64,000 nt of DNA from Macrostomum lignano (Eukaryota), in the NCBI GenBank assembly GCA_002269645.1, contig NIVC01001749.1, positions 12,968 through 76,967 on the forward strand, written 5' to 3'. The notes under the pieces were generated by a model. The model worked only from the letters and a program-made list of their open reading frames with translations. It searched no databases and was not told the origin of the DNA. The translations under genes and the position numbers were made by a program. Position 1 is the first letter of the stretch. Each line of letters begins with the position of its first letter. Below are positions 13,101 to 24,418 of the stretch, piece by piece.

Positions 13101-16100
13101 TGCAGTGACACAATATTCTCACTCTGATCCGATGCAGTGACACAATATTCTCACTCTGATCCGATGAAGTGACACAATATTCTCACTCTGATCCGATGCA
13201 GTGACACAATATTCTCACTCTGATCCGATGCAGTGACACAATATTGGCGCTTTAGTACGATGCAGTGAAACAATATTCTCACTCTGATCCGATACAGTGA
13301 CACAATACTCTCACTCTGATCCGATGCAGTGACACAATATTCTCACTCTGATCCGATGCAGTGACACAATATTGGCGCTTTAGTACGATGCAGTGAAACA
13401 ATATTCTCACTCTGATCCGATACAGTGACACAATACTCTCACTCTGATCTGATGCAGTGACACAATATTCTCACTCTGATCCGATGAAGTGACACAATAT
13501 TCTCACTCTGATCCGTTACAGTGACACAATATTCTCCCTTTAGTTCGATGCAGTGACACAATATTCTCACTCTGATCCGATACAGTGACACAATATTCTC
13601 ACTCTGATCCGATGCAGTGACACAATATTCTCACTTTAGTTCGATGTAGTGACACAATATTCTCATTCATCCGATGTAGAGACACTTCTCTAGACACTCT
13701 TAAGCAACGTACAGACACGATAATCTCACTGTGATCCAAAATTGAGATAGCGATAGTAGTATAATGTCTGTAGATAAAATATAGGACATTGCCCGATGCT
13801 ACATAGCAGCCGGCAATCTCTACTGCAATGCTGCTATGATTAACGACACGCACAAGCATAGCAAATCATATTATGAGGGAAGTATTATGCAATGTGCGTA
13901 TTGAGCAGTTAGTGGCCTCGACTGAGTACAAAACACTACAAAGTACAAGAGATCGAGCAGAAAAAGTAGAGAAATTTTGTTCTCATATTTAACCGCACGC
14001 AATAAATCAATATTTGGGATCGGATAGGGGGCATTTTTATAACGAATAAACTCGCTCTTTTTCCATCACTTCTTCTTGAGCATATTTGAGCATATATAAG
14101 CACGAACACAGTTCACCTTCTGAAAGAGCCATCTAGCCAGTCAGTCAGGCAGGTTTAACTTCCAGATCAGGCCACTTAACTCATAAGTCAAAGTGGATTT
14201 TTTTCTTGAAAAATAAGCAGGCAGCCCGCCAAGCAGAACGATATGAAATATTAATCTGGTCAAAGCTAAGCGATAAAAGTCACGCTTCAGCAGTATTGAT
14301 GAAAATTCTGCTATTTTATTAAGGATTTGGGAGCCATTTATTTTTCAAAAAGGCTCGAGACAAAGGAATTATAAGGAACTCCATCATTTTGCTAGTTGCC
14401 AAGCTAAACCCAGGTTTTCGAAAAAATTCCGAACCTTTAGTTGAGTCGCGGAAATCTCACTCCAGATGAAGCTTAAGACACGGAAATCTAACCCCCTAGA
14501 TCCAATGCAGAGCCATGGAAATCTCACTTTAGATCCATAGCAGAGACAAGGAAATCTCACCCTAGATCCATAGCAGAGACAAGGAAATCTCACCCTAGAT
14601 CCATAGCAGAGACAAGAAAATCTCACCCTAGATCCATAGCAGAGACACGGAAATCTCACCCTAGATCTAATGAATAGGCACGGAAATTCCATCCTAGATC
14701 CAATGGATGGACACGGAAATCTCACCCTTGACCCAATTAATAGACACGGAAATCCCATCCTAGATCCAATGGATGGACAAAGAAATCTCACCATAGATCC
14801 AACGCAGAGACACTGAAATCTCACCCTAGACCTATAGCAGAGACAAAGAAATCTCACCCTAGACCCAACACAGAGATACGGAAATCTGACCCTAGATCAA
14901 ATGCAGAGATACGGAAATCTCACCCTAGATCAAATGCAGAGACACGGAAATCTCACCCTAGATCAAATGCAGAGACACGGAAATCTCACCCTAGACCCAA
15001 TTAATAGACACGGAAATCCCATCCTAGATCCAATGGATGGACACGGAAATCTCACCCTAGATCCAACGCAGAGACACTGAAATCTCACCCTAGACCTATA
15101 GCAGAGACAAAGAAATCTCACCCTAGACACAACACAGAGATACGGAAATCTCACCCTAGACCTATAGCAGAGACAAAGAAATCTCACCATAGATCCAACG
15201 CAGAGACACTGAAATCTCACCCTAGACCTATAGCAGAGACAAAGAAATCTCACCCTAGACACAACACAGAGATACGGAAATCTCACCCTAGATCAAATGC
15301 AGAGACACGGAAAATATCAAATAGACACAAAACCATACTTTAAAGTTTCAGAAAAGATATTACATTACTTAGACTATTTAGCAACGGAAAATGTATTAGC
15401 GTAATTGAGAAAATTTCTCAGACCAAAGGTCGGAATCAGGCGCAATTACGTAAACAGGCATAAACTAAACTCAGAACTGACAGCGCAAATTACGAGAAAC
15501 CAGATTCATTTCGTAGAGCTACTTTAGTAAAAAAGGGTAATGGATGGAGACAGATATACAGATAGCATATGGTAACTGGCAGAATCAGCCATGGCAGTAG
15601 GAAATGCGGCATGACTGAATGCGGTCAGATATAAACAGGTCAGTGGCAATATTTTCACATAACTTTTAACTCCGAAGCGCATTGGTTTATTAATAATTTT
15701 ATAGTTTTGTGTCACAGGTCTATCTATATCTTGGGCTCTTGGTATCATATAATTCAATTATAATAAAACTGAAGCCTTTATTTATTTTAATGCGTTTCCG
15801 GCACTTATTTTCCATTGGTGAGCCACTCTATAAAATGAGATTCTGCAATTCTTATTGAGGCTTCGGGGGAGATTCTCAGTGAGGGTTCAGGGGCGATTCT
15901 CAGTGAGGGTTCAGGGGCGATTCTTAGTGAGGGTTCAGGGGCGATTCTTAGTGAGGGTTCAGGGGCGATTCTTAGTGAGGCTTCGGGGCAATTCTTAGTG
16001 AGGGTTCAGGGGCGATTCTCAGTGAGGCGTCAGGGGCGATTCTTAGTGAGGGTTCAGGGGCGATTCTTAGTGAGGGCTTGGGGGCGATTGTTAGTGAGGG

Positions 16101-19100
16101 TTCAGGGGCGATTCTCAGTGAGGCGTCAGGGGCGATTCTTAGTGAGGCTTCGGAGGAGATTCTCAGTGAGGGTTCAGGGGCGATTCTTAGTGAGGCTTCG
16201 GGGCGATTGTTAGTGAGGGTTCAGGGGCGATTCTCAGTGAGGCGTCAGGGGCGATTCTTAGTGAGGCTTCAGATGCGATTCTCAGTGAGGCGTCAGGGGC
16301 GATTGTTAGTGAGGGTTCAGATGCGATTCTTAGTGAGGCTTCATGGGCGATTCTTAGTGAGGCTTCATGGGCGATTCTTAGTGAGGCTTCGGGAGAGATT
16401 CTCAGTGAGGGTTCAGGGGCAATTCTCAGTGAGGGCTTGGGGGCGATTTTTAGTGAGGCTTCAGGGGCGATTCTTAGTGAGGCTTCGGGGGAGATTCTCA
16501 GTGAGGGTTCAGGGGCGATTCTCAGTGAGGCGTCAGGGGCGATTGTTAGTGAGGGTTCAGATGCGATTCTTAGTGAGGCTTCATGGGCGATTCTTAGTGA
16601 GGGTTCAGATGCGATTCTTAGTGAGGCTTCATGGGCGATTGTTAGTGAGGGTTCAGATGCGATTCTTAGTGAGGCTTCAGATGCGATTCTTAGTGAGGCT
16701 TCATGGGCGATTGTTAGTGAGGGTTCAGATGCGATTCTTAGTGAGGCTTCAGATGCGATTCTTAGTGAGGCTTCATGGGCGATTGTTAGTGAGGCTTCAT
16801 GGGCGATTCTTAATGAAGGTTCAGGGGCGATTTTCAGTAAGGGTTCAGGGGCGATTTGAGTGAGGGTAGAGTGAATGGGACGACGAGAAATTACCCAATG
16901 AAGTGCTCAACAATCAAGCTTACAGACACAACTCACCCAATCGAATCTGGTCATTGGCCGCAGTCTCAGGCCGTCTTAGCATAACACCTGATCCAGCATC
17001 AGTACCGTCTTCATCAGTTTTATTAGCTGATTTGTTAAGTCTGGGAGGCAGTGGAGGGGGCGGCGGTGACTCCTGATGGTCAGGAGCAGCAGATGTCGCA
17101 GCCACGGTCACCACGGGCGGTTCAGCCGACGACACCACAGTTCGAGTTCGCACAACTTTCTGACGCCGTCTTCTCAATATTCGACGCTTATAAAGTACAC
17201 CGTCTACTTTAACGAACTCTTCGGTGACTTCCTCTTCAGTCTGAGTCGAGTCCTCCGATCGATTGTTTAATTCAGCTTCATCGTCGCCTTTGTCGTTGGG
17301 GGCGATGGCCAAGGTGGAGGACGCGTTAGCAACCAGAGATGAGGCTCCGGAGGAAGAAGACGAATCAGACGAAGCGGCCGAAGACGCAGGAGAGGAAGAC
17401 CGAAGCAATCGGCTAGTGTTTGCCGGCGCCGCGCAAGCAGACTCAGAGTCAGAGGGCTCCATAAAAACCAGAGTGGATCTCAGCTGACTACCGGCGGCGT
17501 CAACAAGTTCGTTCACTTTGTTTTCGTCTTCCGATTCAGATCCGGCGACGTGCAGTCCTTCGAGCTCCGAAGGCAGCGAGCTGCGCAGCCGTTCGCGACT
17601 GAAAATCGACGGGGATGCGGCGAGGTGTTTGCCTGGCTGGAATATAAAACTCGAAATCCCCTATTCGAATTCCAAAATCTTCAAATCTTTCGAAATATTC
17701 AAATTTACATATTTAATCCCGAAAATCCTTATCTGGAATCCCAAAATCCCCATCTGAAATCCCCGAAATCCCTATCTGGAATCCCGACATCCTTATCTGA
17801 AATCCCGAAATCCCTATCTGGAATCCCGACATCCCCATCTGGAATCCCGAAATCCTTATCTGGAATCCCGAAATCCTTATCTGGAATCCCGATCCCGAAA
17901 TCCCTATCTGGAATCCCGACATCCCTATCTGGAATCCTAAAGTGCCCCATCTGGAATCCCGACATCTCTATCTGGAATCCCGACATCCCCACCTGGAACC
18001 GCGAAAACCCCACCTGGAATCCCGAAATCCCCATCTGGAATCCCGAAATCCCACCTGGAATACCGAAATCCCTATCTGGAATCCCGAAATCCCTATCTGG
18101 AATCCCGAAATCCCTATCTGGAATCCCGACATCCCCATCTGAAATCCCTAAATCCTCATCTGGAATCCCGAAATCCCCATCTGGAATCCCGAAATCCCCA
18201 TCTGGAATACCTAAATCCCCATCTGGAATCCCGAAATCCCCATCTGGAATACCGAAATCCCAATCTGGCATCCCGAAATCTCCATCCCCAATAGCCATAC
18301 CTGTGAGTTTCAACTCTCGGTGACCGGCAGGCGTCAATGATGCTCTGAAATTAATTGGCAATAGGTAAGCGGGTAACTGATACTGTATATCCTATATACG
18401 TAACTGAAAAAATGAAGGAATTACGGAAATAGCTTGGGATCAGCAGGTACAGCCAAGGTAATCCTGACCAATTCACTTCTTGGCAGCCGTTTTCCGATCG
18501 CCTCTATCGTATTTGTTCAATGACTGAAGCTGTGCACGATACAGTCTGTCTTTACTTCCTTGCCGCATGGCTGCTTGTCCCCCAATATTTTTATTGCTAA
18601 GCCAGTTCGAAGCCTCTCCCCTCTCCCAATCCTCATCCCCAAGCATCCAGACCCCCCACCCAAGAAAGCCTAACAAAGTGTGGAGAGTTGTTCGTTTCCC
18701 CCTCAAGCCGACCCTTCAGCAGCGCGCTTGCCCGTGCACAGCCAATAGACCGACTGCACCAATCCAAGCTGGCAACTGCACAGCGGCCAGATGTTGAGAG
18801 AGAGAGAGGGGGGGAATGCGAAGAAAAAATGCCCATAAAGGACTTTGGCCGATCCTGCATTTTCAGACACGTGTTTCGTACACGCTTCAAAAGAGAAAGG
18901 AATGTGAGCTTTGCTAAAGGAGAAAATTACACTGGTTCTGAGAAATGACGACACTAATGAGTAACCGGTAACTAGGCATTTACTAATATGGCCAATTTAT
19001 TACGCGTAAATACGACGGTTAGATTAATAGGACAGATAAGGTAGGTGTCAGCGGAGAAGGGGTGGCGGAGAGGGGGTAGTGGGATAGAGGTTAGTGAGAT

Positions 19101-22100
19101 TGGGGGTAGCGGGTAGGGGTAACGGTAGGGGTAGTGAGACTAGGGGTAGTTTGATAGGGGGCAGCGGGTAGGGGGTAGCGGGATAGGGGTAGTGAGTCTA
19201 GGGGTAGTGAGATAGGGGGTAGTGGTTTAGGGGGTAGCGGGATAGGGGTAGTGAGATAGGGGGTAGTGGGTAGCGGGTAGCGGGATAGGGGTAGTGAGTC
19301 TAGGGGTAGTGAGATAGGGGGCAGCGGGTAGGGGGTAGCGGGATAGGGGTAGTGAGTCTAGGGGTAGTGAGATAGGGGGTAGTGGTTTAGGGGGTAGCGG
19401 GATAGGGGTAGTGAGATAGGGGGTAGTGGGTAGCGGGTAGCGGGATAGGGGTAGTGAGTCTAGGGTAGTGAGATAGGGGGCAGCGGGTAGGGGGTAGCGG
19501 GATAGGGGTAGTGAGTCTAGGGGTAGTGAGATAGGGGGTAGTGGTTTAGGGGGTAGCGGGATAGGGGTAGTGAGATAGGGGGTAGTGGGTAGCGGGTAGC
19601 GGGATAGGGGTAGTGAGTCTAGGGGTAGTGAGATAGGGGGCAGCGGGTAGGGGGTAGCGGGATAGGGGTAGTGAGTCTAGGGGTAGTGAGATAGGGGGTA
19701 GTGGTTTAGGGGGTAGCGGGATAGGGGTAGTGAGATAGGGGGTAGTGGGTAGCGGGTAGCGGGATAGGGGTAGTGAGTCTAGGGTAGTGAGATAGGGGGT
19801 AGTGGGTAGGGGTAGCGGGATAGGGGTAGTGAGTCTAGGGGTAGTGAGATAGGGGGTAGTGGTTTAGGGGGTAGCGGGATAGGGGTAGTGAGATAGGGGG
19901 TAGTGGTTTAGGGGGTAGTGAGATAGGGGGTAGTGGGTAGGGGGTAGCGGGATAGGGGTAGTGAGTCTAGGGGTAGTGAGATAGGGGGTAGTGGGTAGGG
20001 GGTAGCGGGATAGGGGTAGTGAGTCTAGGGGTAGTTGGATAGGGGGGTAGCGGGTAGGGGGAAGTGGGATAGGGGGTAGTGGGATAGGGGTAGAGAGATA
20101 GGGGGTAGTGGGTAGGGGGTAGCGGGATAGGGGTAGTGAGTCTAGGGGTAGTTGGATAGGGGGTAGTTGGATAGGGGGTAGCGGGATAGGGGTAGTGAGA
20201 TAGGGGGTAGTGGGTAGGGGGTAGCGGGATAGGGGTAGTGAGATAGGGGGTAGTGGGTAGGGGGTAGCGGGATAGGGGTAGTGAGTCTAGGGGTAGTTGG
20301 ATAGGGGGTAGCGGGTAGGGGGAAGTGGGATAGGGGGTAGTGGGATAGGGGTAGAGAGATAGGGGGTAGTAGGTAGGGGGTAGTGGGATAGGGGTAGTGA
20401 GTCTAGGGGTAGTTGGATAGGGGGGTAGCGGGTAGGGGGAAGTGGGATAGGGGGTAGTGGGATAGGGGTAGAGAGATAGGGGGTAGTGGGTAGGGGGTAG
20501 TGGGATAGGGGGTAGCGGTGCCCACTGAGAGACCGATAAAAAATCAAATTGACCGATTAACAAAAGCGACAAATTTTTAAAACAACAAGCGCTACGAGTA
20601 CACAGATAATAATATCCGAATAAAAGCTACTTCGTTATGAGTGAATATTAATTATGGTTGCAGACTGCACCTACTATCCTTAGCTACAAAAACATAATAA
20701 AATAAGGACCTAAGGTATAAGCAATTTAAAAAACAGGGATTACGAGAATAAAGAAATAATAAATATATTCTAAAACTGACAACAAATTAAAATAAGAAAC
20801 AGTGAATCAATATGAAATTATAATTCTTACCAACAGTCGCCGTTAGAGAAATCTTAAAAGCTTCTCTGGAGAGAGAAAAAATGATATTCGCAATTCAAGA
20901 CCCGTTTAATTAACCTATATACACTGTGCAGCGCAGATAGATGCTAGTCAGCCGGAGGTAGTCAGGCTAGTTGGGTTCATGAAATTCATACACACGCGTA
21001 AACAGCAGAAACGATCTACGCAATTAAAAGTAAACATTGGTCTATCTAAGAAACGATGCCAAGAAAGCTCCAACACTTGACTTATTTGACCCGATAGTTC
21101 AGTAGCAACGCCAACGCCTCCCCCGCTTGAGCTTAAGTCCCGGGTTCGATTCCCTCACTTTTGTGTGTAGTGGAAAGACGGACAAAGCCTATGGTAACTT
21201 GCGAATTTGCAGAGCCTTTGGTAAAACAATTAGAGGAGGCATCACTGATGGCCTGCAACACAGGCTTGCATAAATGTGCAACACTAATAACTAAGTACTA
21301 ACAAGATGACGAGGCTTTTGGCCTTAATAATACAGTTATAGTTACTCCTGCCGTATACCCAAAATTATGTTAATTTTGTTTAGGCAAGTCTTATTTAGGT
21401 CGCCATTACACAATATAAATATTCACGTTCAAAGGCATCATCTCCCAACTAGCGCTGAGGCAATTCTGCCCATTTCACTGACTCCTGACCACACACAGAG
21501 TGTACAAAGGCCTTCGCAACTTAGGGAGTTGGCCAAGCCCAAATGAATGTGGCTGTGAATGTCACCTTTGTTTTATTCACCAGGATGCCAACCGAAAAAA
21601 ACTACCATTTAAGCGAATTGCGCTTACCGATATTGTCTCGCGATAATCCGCCATTAGTCGAGTCCAATCGTTCAAGCTGTTGTCTTCTAAATCGAATTGA
21701 TCACCAAATCTAACAGCCAGATGGATGCGGCGGTCTAGCGAGGAGCAGAGGCTTGCTAAGCTGGAGTTGGCGGCTAGTAACTGGGACTCGAACTGGCTCG
21801 ACTGCCTGCGTGGGCGGCGGGGAATGAGTTCAGTTACTAGGTTTAGGAACAGTGATGAAACTGGTGGGATTCTTGGGCGACCTAGCCTGAGTATTGGGAG
21901 GCTGGCCCAGCAGCTGAGGATCTGGAAGGCTGGCCTAGCAACCTAAAGATCTGGGAGGCTGGCCCAGCGACTGAGGATCTAAGAGCTGAGAGCTAAGAGC
22001 CCAGCAGCTGAGGATCTGGGAGGCTGGCCTAGCAATCTAAAGATCTGGGAGGCTGGCCTAGCAACCTAAAGATCTGAGAGGCTGGCCCAGCGACTGAGGA

Positions 22101-22963
22101 TCTAAGAGGCTGGCCCAGCAGCTGAGGATCTGGGAGGCTGGCCTAGCAACCTAAAGATCTGGGAGGCTGGCCCAGCGACTGAGGATCTGGGAGGCTGGCC
22201 CAGCGACTGAGAATCTGGGAGGCTGGCTCAGCAACTGAGGATCTGGGAGGCTGGCTCAGCAACTGAGGATCTGGTAGGCTGACCCAGCGACTGAGGATCT
22301 AAGAGGCTGGCCCAGCAGCTGAGGATCTGGGAGGCTGGCCTAGCAACCTAAAGATCTGGGAGGCTGGCCCAGCGACTGAGGATCTAAGAGGCTGGCCCAG
22401 CAGCTGAGGATCTGGGAGGCTGGCCTAGCAATCTAAAGATCTGGGAGGCTGGCCTAGCAACCTAAAGATCTGGGAGGCTGGCCCAGCGACTGAGGATCTG
22501 GGAGGCTGGCCCAGCAACTAAGGATCTGGGAGGCTGGCCCAGCAACTGAGGATCTGGGAGGCTGGCCCAGCAACTAAGGATCTGGGAGGGCTGGCCCAGC
22601 AACTGAGGATCTGGGAGGCTGGCCCAGCAACTAAGGATCTGGGAGGGCTGGCCCAGCAACTAAGGAACTGGGAGGCTGGCCCAGAAACTGAGGATCTGAG
22701 TGGCTGGCCCAGCAATTGATAATCTGGGAGGATGGCAATGCCCTTAATGTTTTATTTAAATGTAATAAACTGCATTCAATTTACTTTCTATATAAATCCT
22801 GACAAAGCAGTTTAACAGATGTTGTCATTTCGCCATGCTGACTTATTAGCAAGTACTGCACACTCTCCAACTGCGACTGGGCAGCCCTTGTTAGACAGAC
22901 ACGCTTCAGGTAGGTCAGAGTAGCCAGTATGGCATTGCAGTGCTGCTCAAGTTTGGTCATGGC
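4160..22963 (-). CDS. RAPGEF1: Rap guanine nucleotide exchange factor 1 (C3G)-like; N-terminal helical region, Pro-rich motif, REM and CDC25-homology domains
   Basis: Phase-consistent exons (minus): 22785-22963 (LEQHCNAILATLTYLKRV, cf. C3G LEEKEKEVVSALRYFKTIV), 21628-21805 (ANSSLASLCSSLD), [link unresolved], 18477-~18570, 18301-18344, 16937-17632 (PPPPPLPPR), 8093-8733 (REM: VRGGPLDALLVY...FCESFAATF), 6909-7316 or 7310 (FSPRQVAEQITLMDARLY), 5266-5521 (NFFNRLGFW...HNFNSHLAI), 4880-5192 (EPPLVPHVG), 4160-4289 (YYEFQSNPEILASIDNFNEALDEQQL...TAG). Pattern matches C3G rather than SOS or RasGRF. Confidence 0.85.
4374..4452 (+). mobile_element. tRNA-derived SINE-like head (degenerate)
   Basis: A-box-like TGGAGCTAAATGG and B-box GTTCGAATCCC; no cloverleaf pairing. 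Confidence 0.5.
4515..4604 (+). mobile_element. tRNA(Asn-like)-derived SINE head or tRNA pseudogene, copy 1
   Basis: TAGCCCAGTGG A box, CTGTTAA anticodon-like loop, GGTTCGAATCC B box; acceptor and anticodon stems do not pair. Confidence 0.65.
4663..4752 (+). mobile_element. tRNA(Asn-like)-derived SINE head or tRNA pseudogene, copy 2
   Basis: Near-identical direct repeat of 4515-4604. Confidence 0.65.
5545..6830. repeat. Intronic minisatellite, 22-bp unit (GGATTAACACACTGTATTCTGG)
   Basis: More than 55 copies filling intron 5522-6908. Confidence 0.97.
7340..8082. repeat. Intronic minisatellite, 42-51-bp unit (GCCAATATCACACTGATGAAGGAATAGAATGGATTGCTAATCCATTGCTAA)
   Basis: About 15 copies filling intron 7317-8092. 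Confidence 0.95.
8810..10015. repeat. Intronic minisatellite, 53-54-bp unit (CAGATTTCAAGTTTAGAGCTCCATGCTTGAGCGAGCTACAATTTTCCTCTATC)
   Basis: About 22 copies arranged in blocks of successive sequence variants. Confidence 0.95.
11470..11680. repeat. Degenerate tandem repeat with core TTGGCACTCTACATATGGTCATC
   Basis: Several diverged copies. Confidence 0.6.
12420..13680. repeat. Intronic minisatellite, 31-32-bp unit (CAGTGACACAATATTCTCACTCTGATCCGATG)
   Basis: About 39 copies with recurring variants. Confidence 0.96.
14480..15312. repeat. Intronic minisatellite, 33-bp unit (GGAAATCTCACCCTAGATCCATAGCAGAGACAC)
   Basis: About 25 copies; source of the RVRFPCLCYGS pseudo-ORFs. Confidence 0.96.
15858..16860. 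repeat. Intronic minisatellite, 24-bp unit (GAGGCTTCAGGGGCGATTCTTAGT)
   Basis: About 42 copies. Confidence 0.96.
17750..18290. repeat. Intronic minisatellite, 21-bp unit (TCTGGAATCCCGAAATCCCTA)
   Basis: About 25 copies between exons 18301-18344 and 16937-17632. Confidence 0.95.
19065..20518. repeat. G-rich compound minisatellite (GGGGTAGTGAGATA / GGGGTAGCGGGATA subunits) with higher-order blocks
   Basis: About 1.45 kb of G3-G6 runs separated by short spacers. Confidence 0.95.
21088..21601 (+). mobile_element. SINE-like element: tRNA-type head plus an internal 28S rRNA-like segment and short A tail
   Basis: A box TAGTTCAGTAG (21095-21105), B box GGTTCGATTCC (21143-21153), 28S-antisense-like 21297-21360, A-run at about 21595-21601. 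Boundaries approximate. Confidence 0.5.
21880..22730. repeat. Minisatellite, 28-bp unit (CTGAGGATCTGGGAGGCTGGCCCAGCAA), locus 1 of 3
   Basis: About 30 copies in intron 21806-22784. Confidence 0.96.
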
Positions 22964-24344
22964 CTGAATGTTGCATTGAAAAATGGGAATAAACAATAGA
23001 TTTTCTGGTTATATAGGTTTTTAAAAAGGTTAAAATAGGCTTACATATTTAGCATCATCACTCCAGGGAGCACTAGATCGTAGTAGCACAGGACTAGACA
23101 TTCTCTCTTTAAATTAGTCTAAGTCCACACTGCAATAAGTGCCTTTTGGAATGACATAGAATAATTAACTCCTAATTGCTTCTTGAATTTGTCTCAAAGT
23201 TAAGCCAGAAACCTGAAATTAAAAAAACATACCATTAGCTCAACATATTATTTATTGAATTTCTATAATATAAACATATACCAATACCTATATTAACTCT
23301 ACCAAGGCCAATGGGAATATAGACCCATGGTAAGGCTGTGCCTAAATTTTATAGGCTTATATATAATATTAGTAATGCATTATTCAAAATATACATTTAA
23401 TTATTCAAATAATTTGTTTACATTAAATAATATAGGGCCTATTTATTATGGTATGATAAGTAGGTTATATGGATGCCACCAAATTTGTCAACATCTAACT
23501 TTTCAACTTACTATTCATGAATTTGGTTCACCTCTCATTGCATTGTTGATAATTTTGGTTATTTGACTATATACACTCATACACTATTAATTAGTATTAT
23601 TACTATATATTAAAAATTGAAAGACAAATGATATTTGAGAAGATACAAATGAAATAACAAAGGTGAATAGTTTTTATCTAATTTTATTTTTCACAAGTCA
23701 GCTTGTTAAAACCTAGGATTTGAAACCCAATGAATGAACCCCATACATGCCTATGGCTACATATTATATGTAGCCATATTATATTATATTATATGTATAT
23801 TATATATATTTAAAGCTAAAGTCAAGCTCATTCCAAGCCTTAAATTTATAAGAAAATAAAATTAAAATATCTAACTTTGTAATTATTTTTATGACAAACA
23901 GCTTAGTAGACAAATTGACTAGTACAGTAGGGGCCTACTGGTATGTGGAAGGGGGCCTACCTACATCCTGGCCCCTAGCATATATATAGCTAGGGGCCTT
24001 AGCATTAGGACTTTAGGAACTAAGGCCTAAAGGCCACAACTAAGGCCTAATAACAGCCTTTAGGTCTCTTTCGTGCCATTTCATGGCTAGGGCTACGGCT
24101 ACTAGATAAGGGCGAAAGCCTAATAGATAATGTCTATGAGGCTCTGAAGTTTTTCGTGCATGCCGTGAATATTTGTTCTTTGTTCAATTAATTTGTTTGA
24201 AAATATAACAAAAGTGTCCTTAAACCTAGCCAAAGCCCCCCTCGAAATCAGATTTGAAAATTAGGAAATTAGGGGGCCTAAAGTTTTTTGTTCCTGTAGT
24301 TTTACTTTCAATAAAAGATAAAAACAAGAAGTAATCGTTTGCTT

Positions 24345-24418
24345 GTGGGTCCGCGACGAATTCGAACCGCGGCGGTAACGATGCTAGCTTGCAGACAGGC
24401 TAGGTCTAGACCTATCCT
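24345..24418 (-). mobile_element. Degenerate tRNA-derived SINE head
   Basis: Minus-strand GGTTCGAATTC B box at 24358-24368 with GGTCTAG upstream. Confidence 0.35.
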
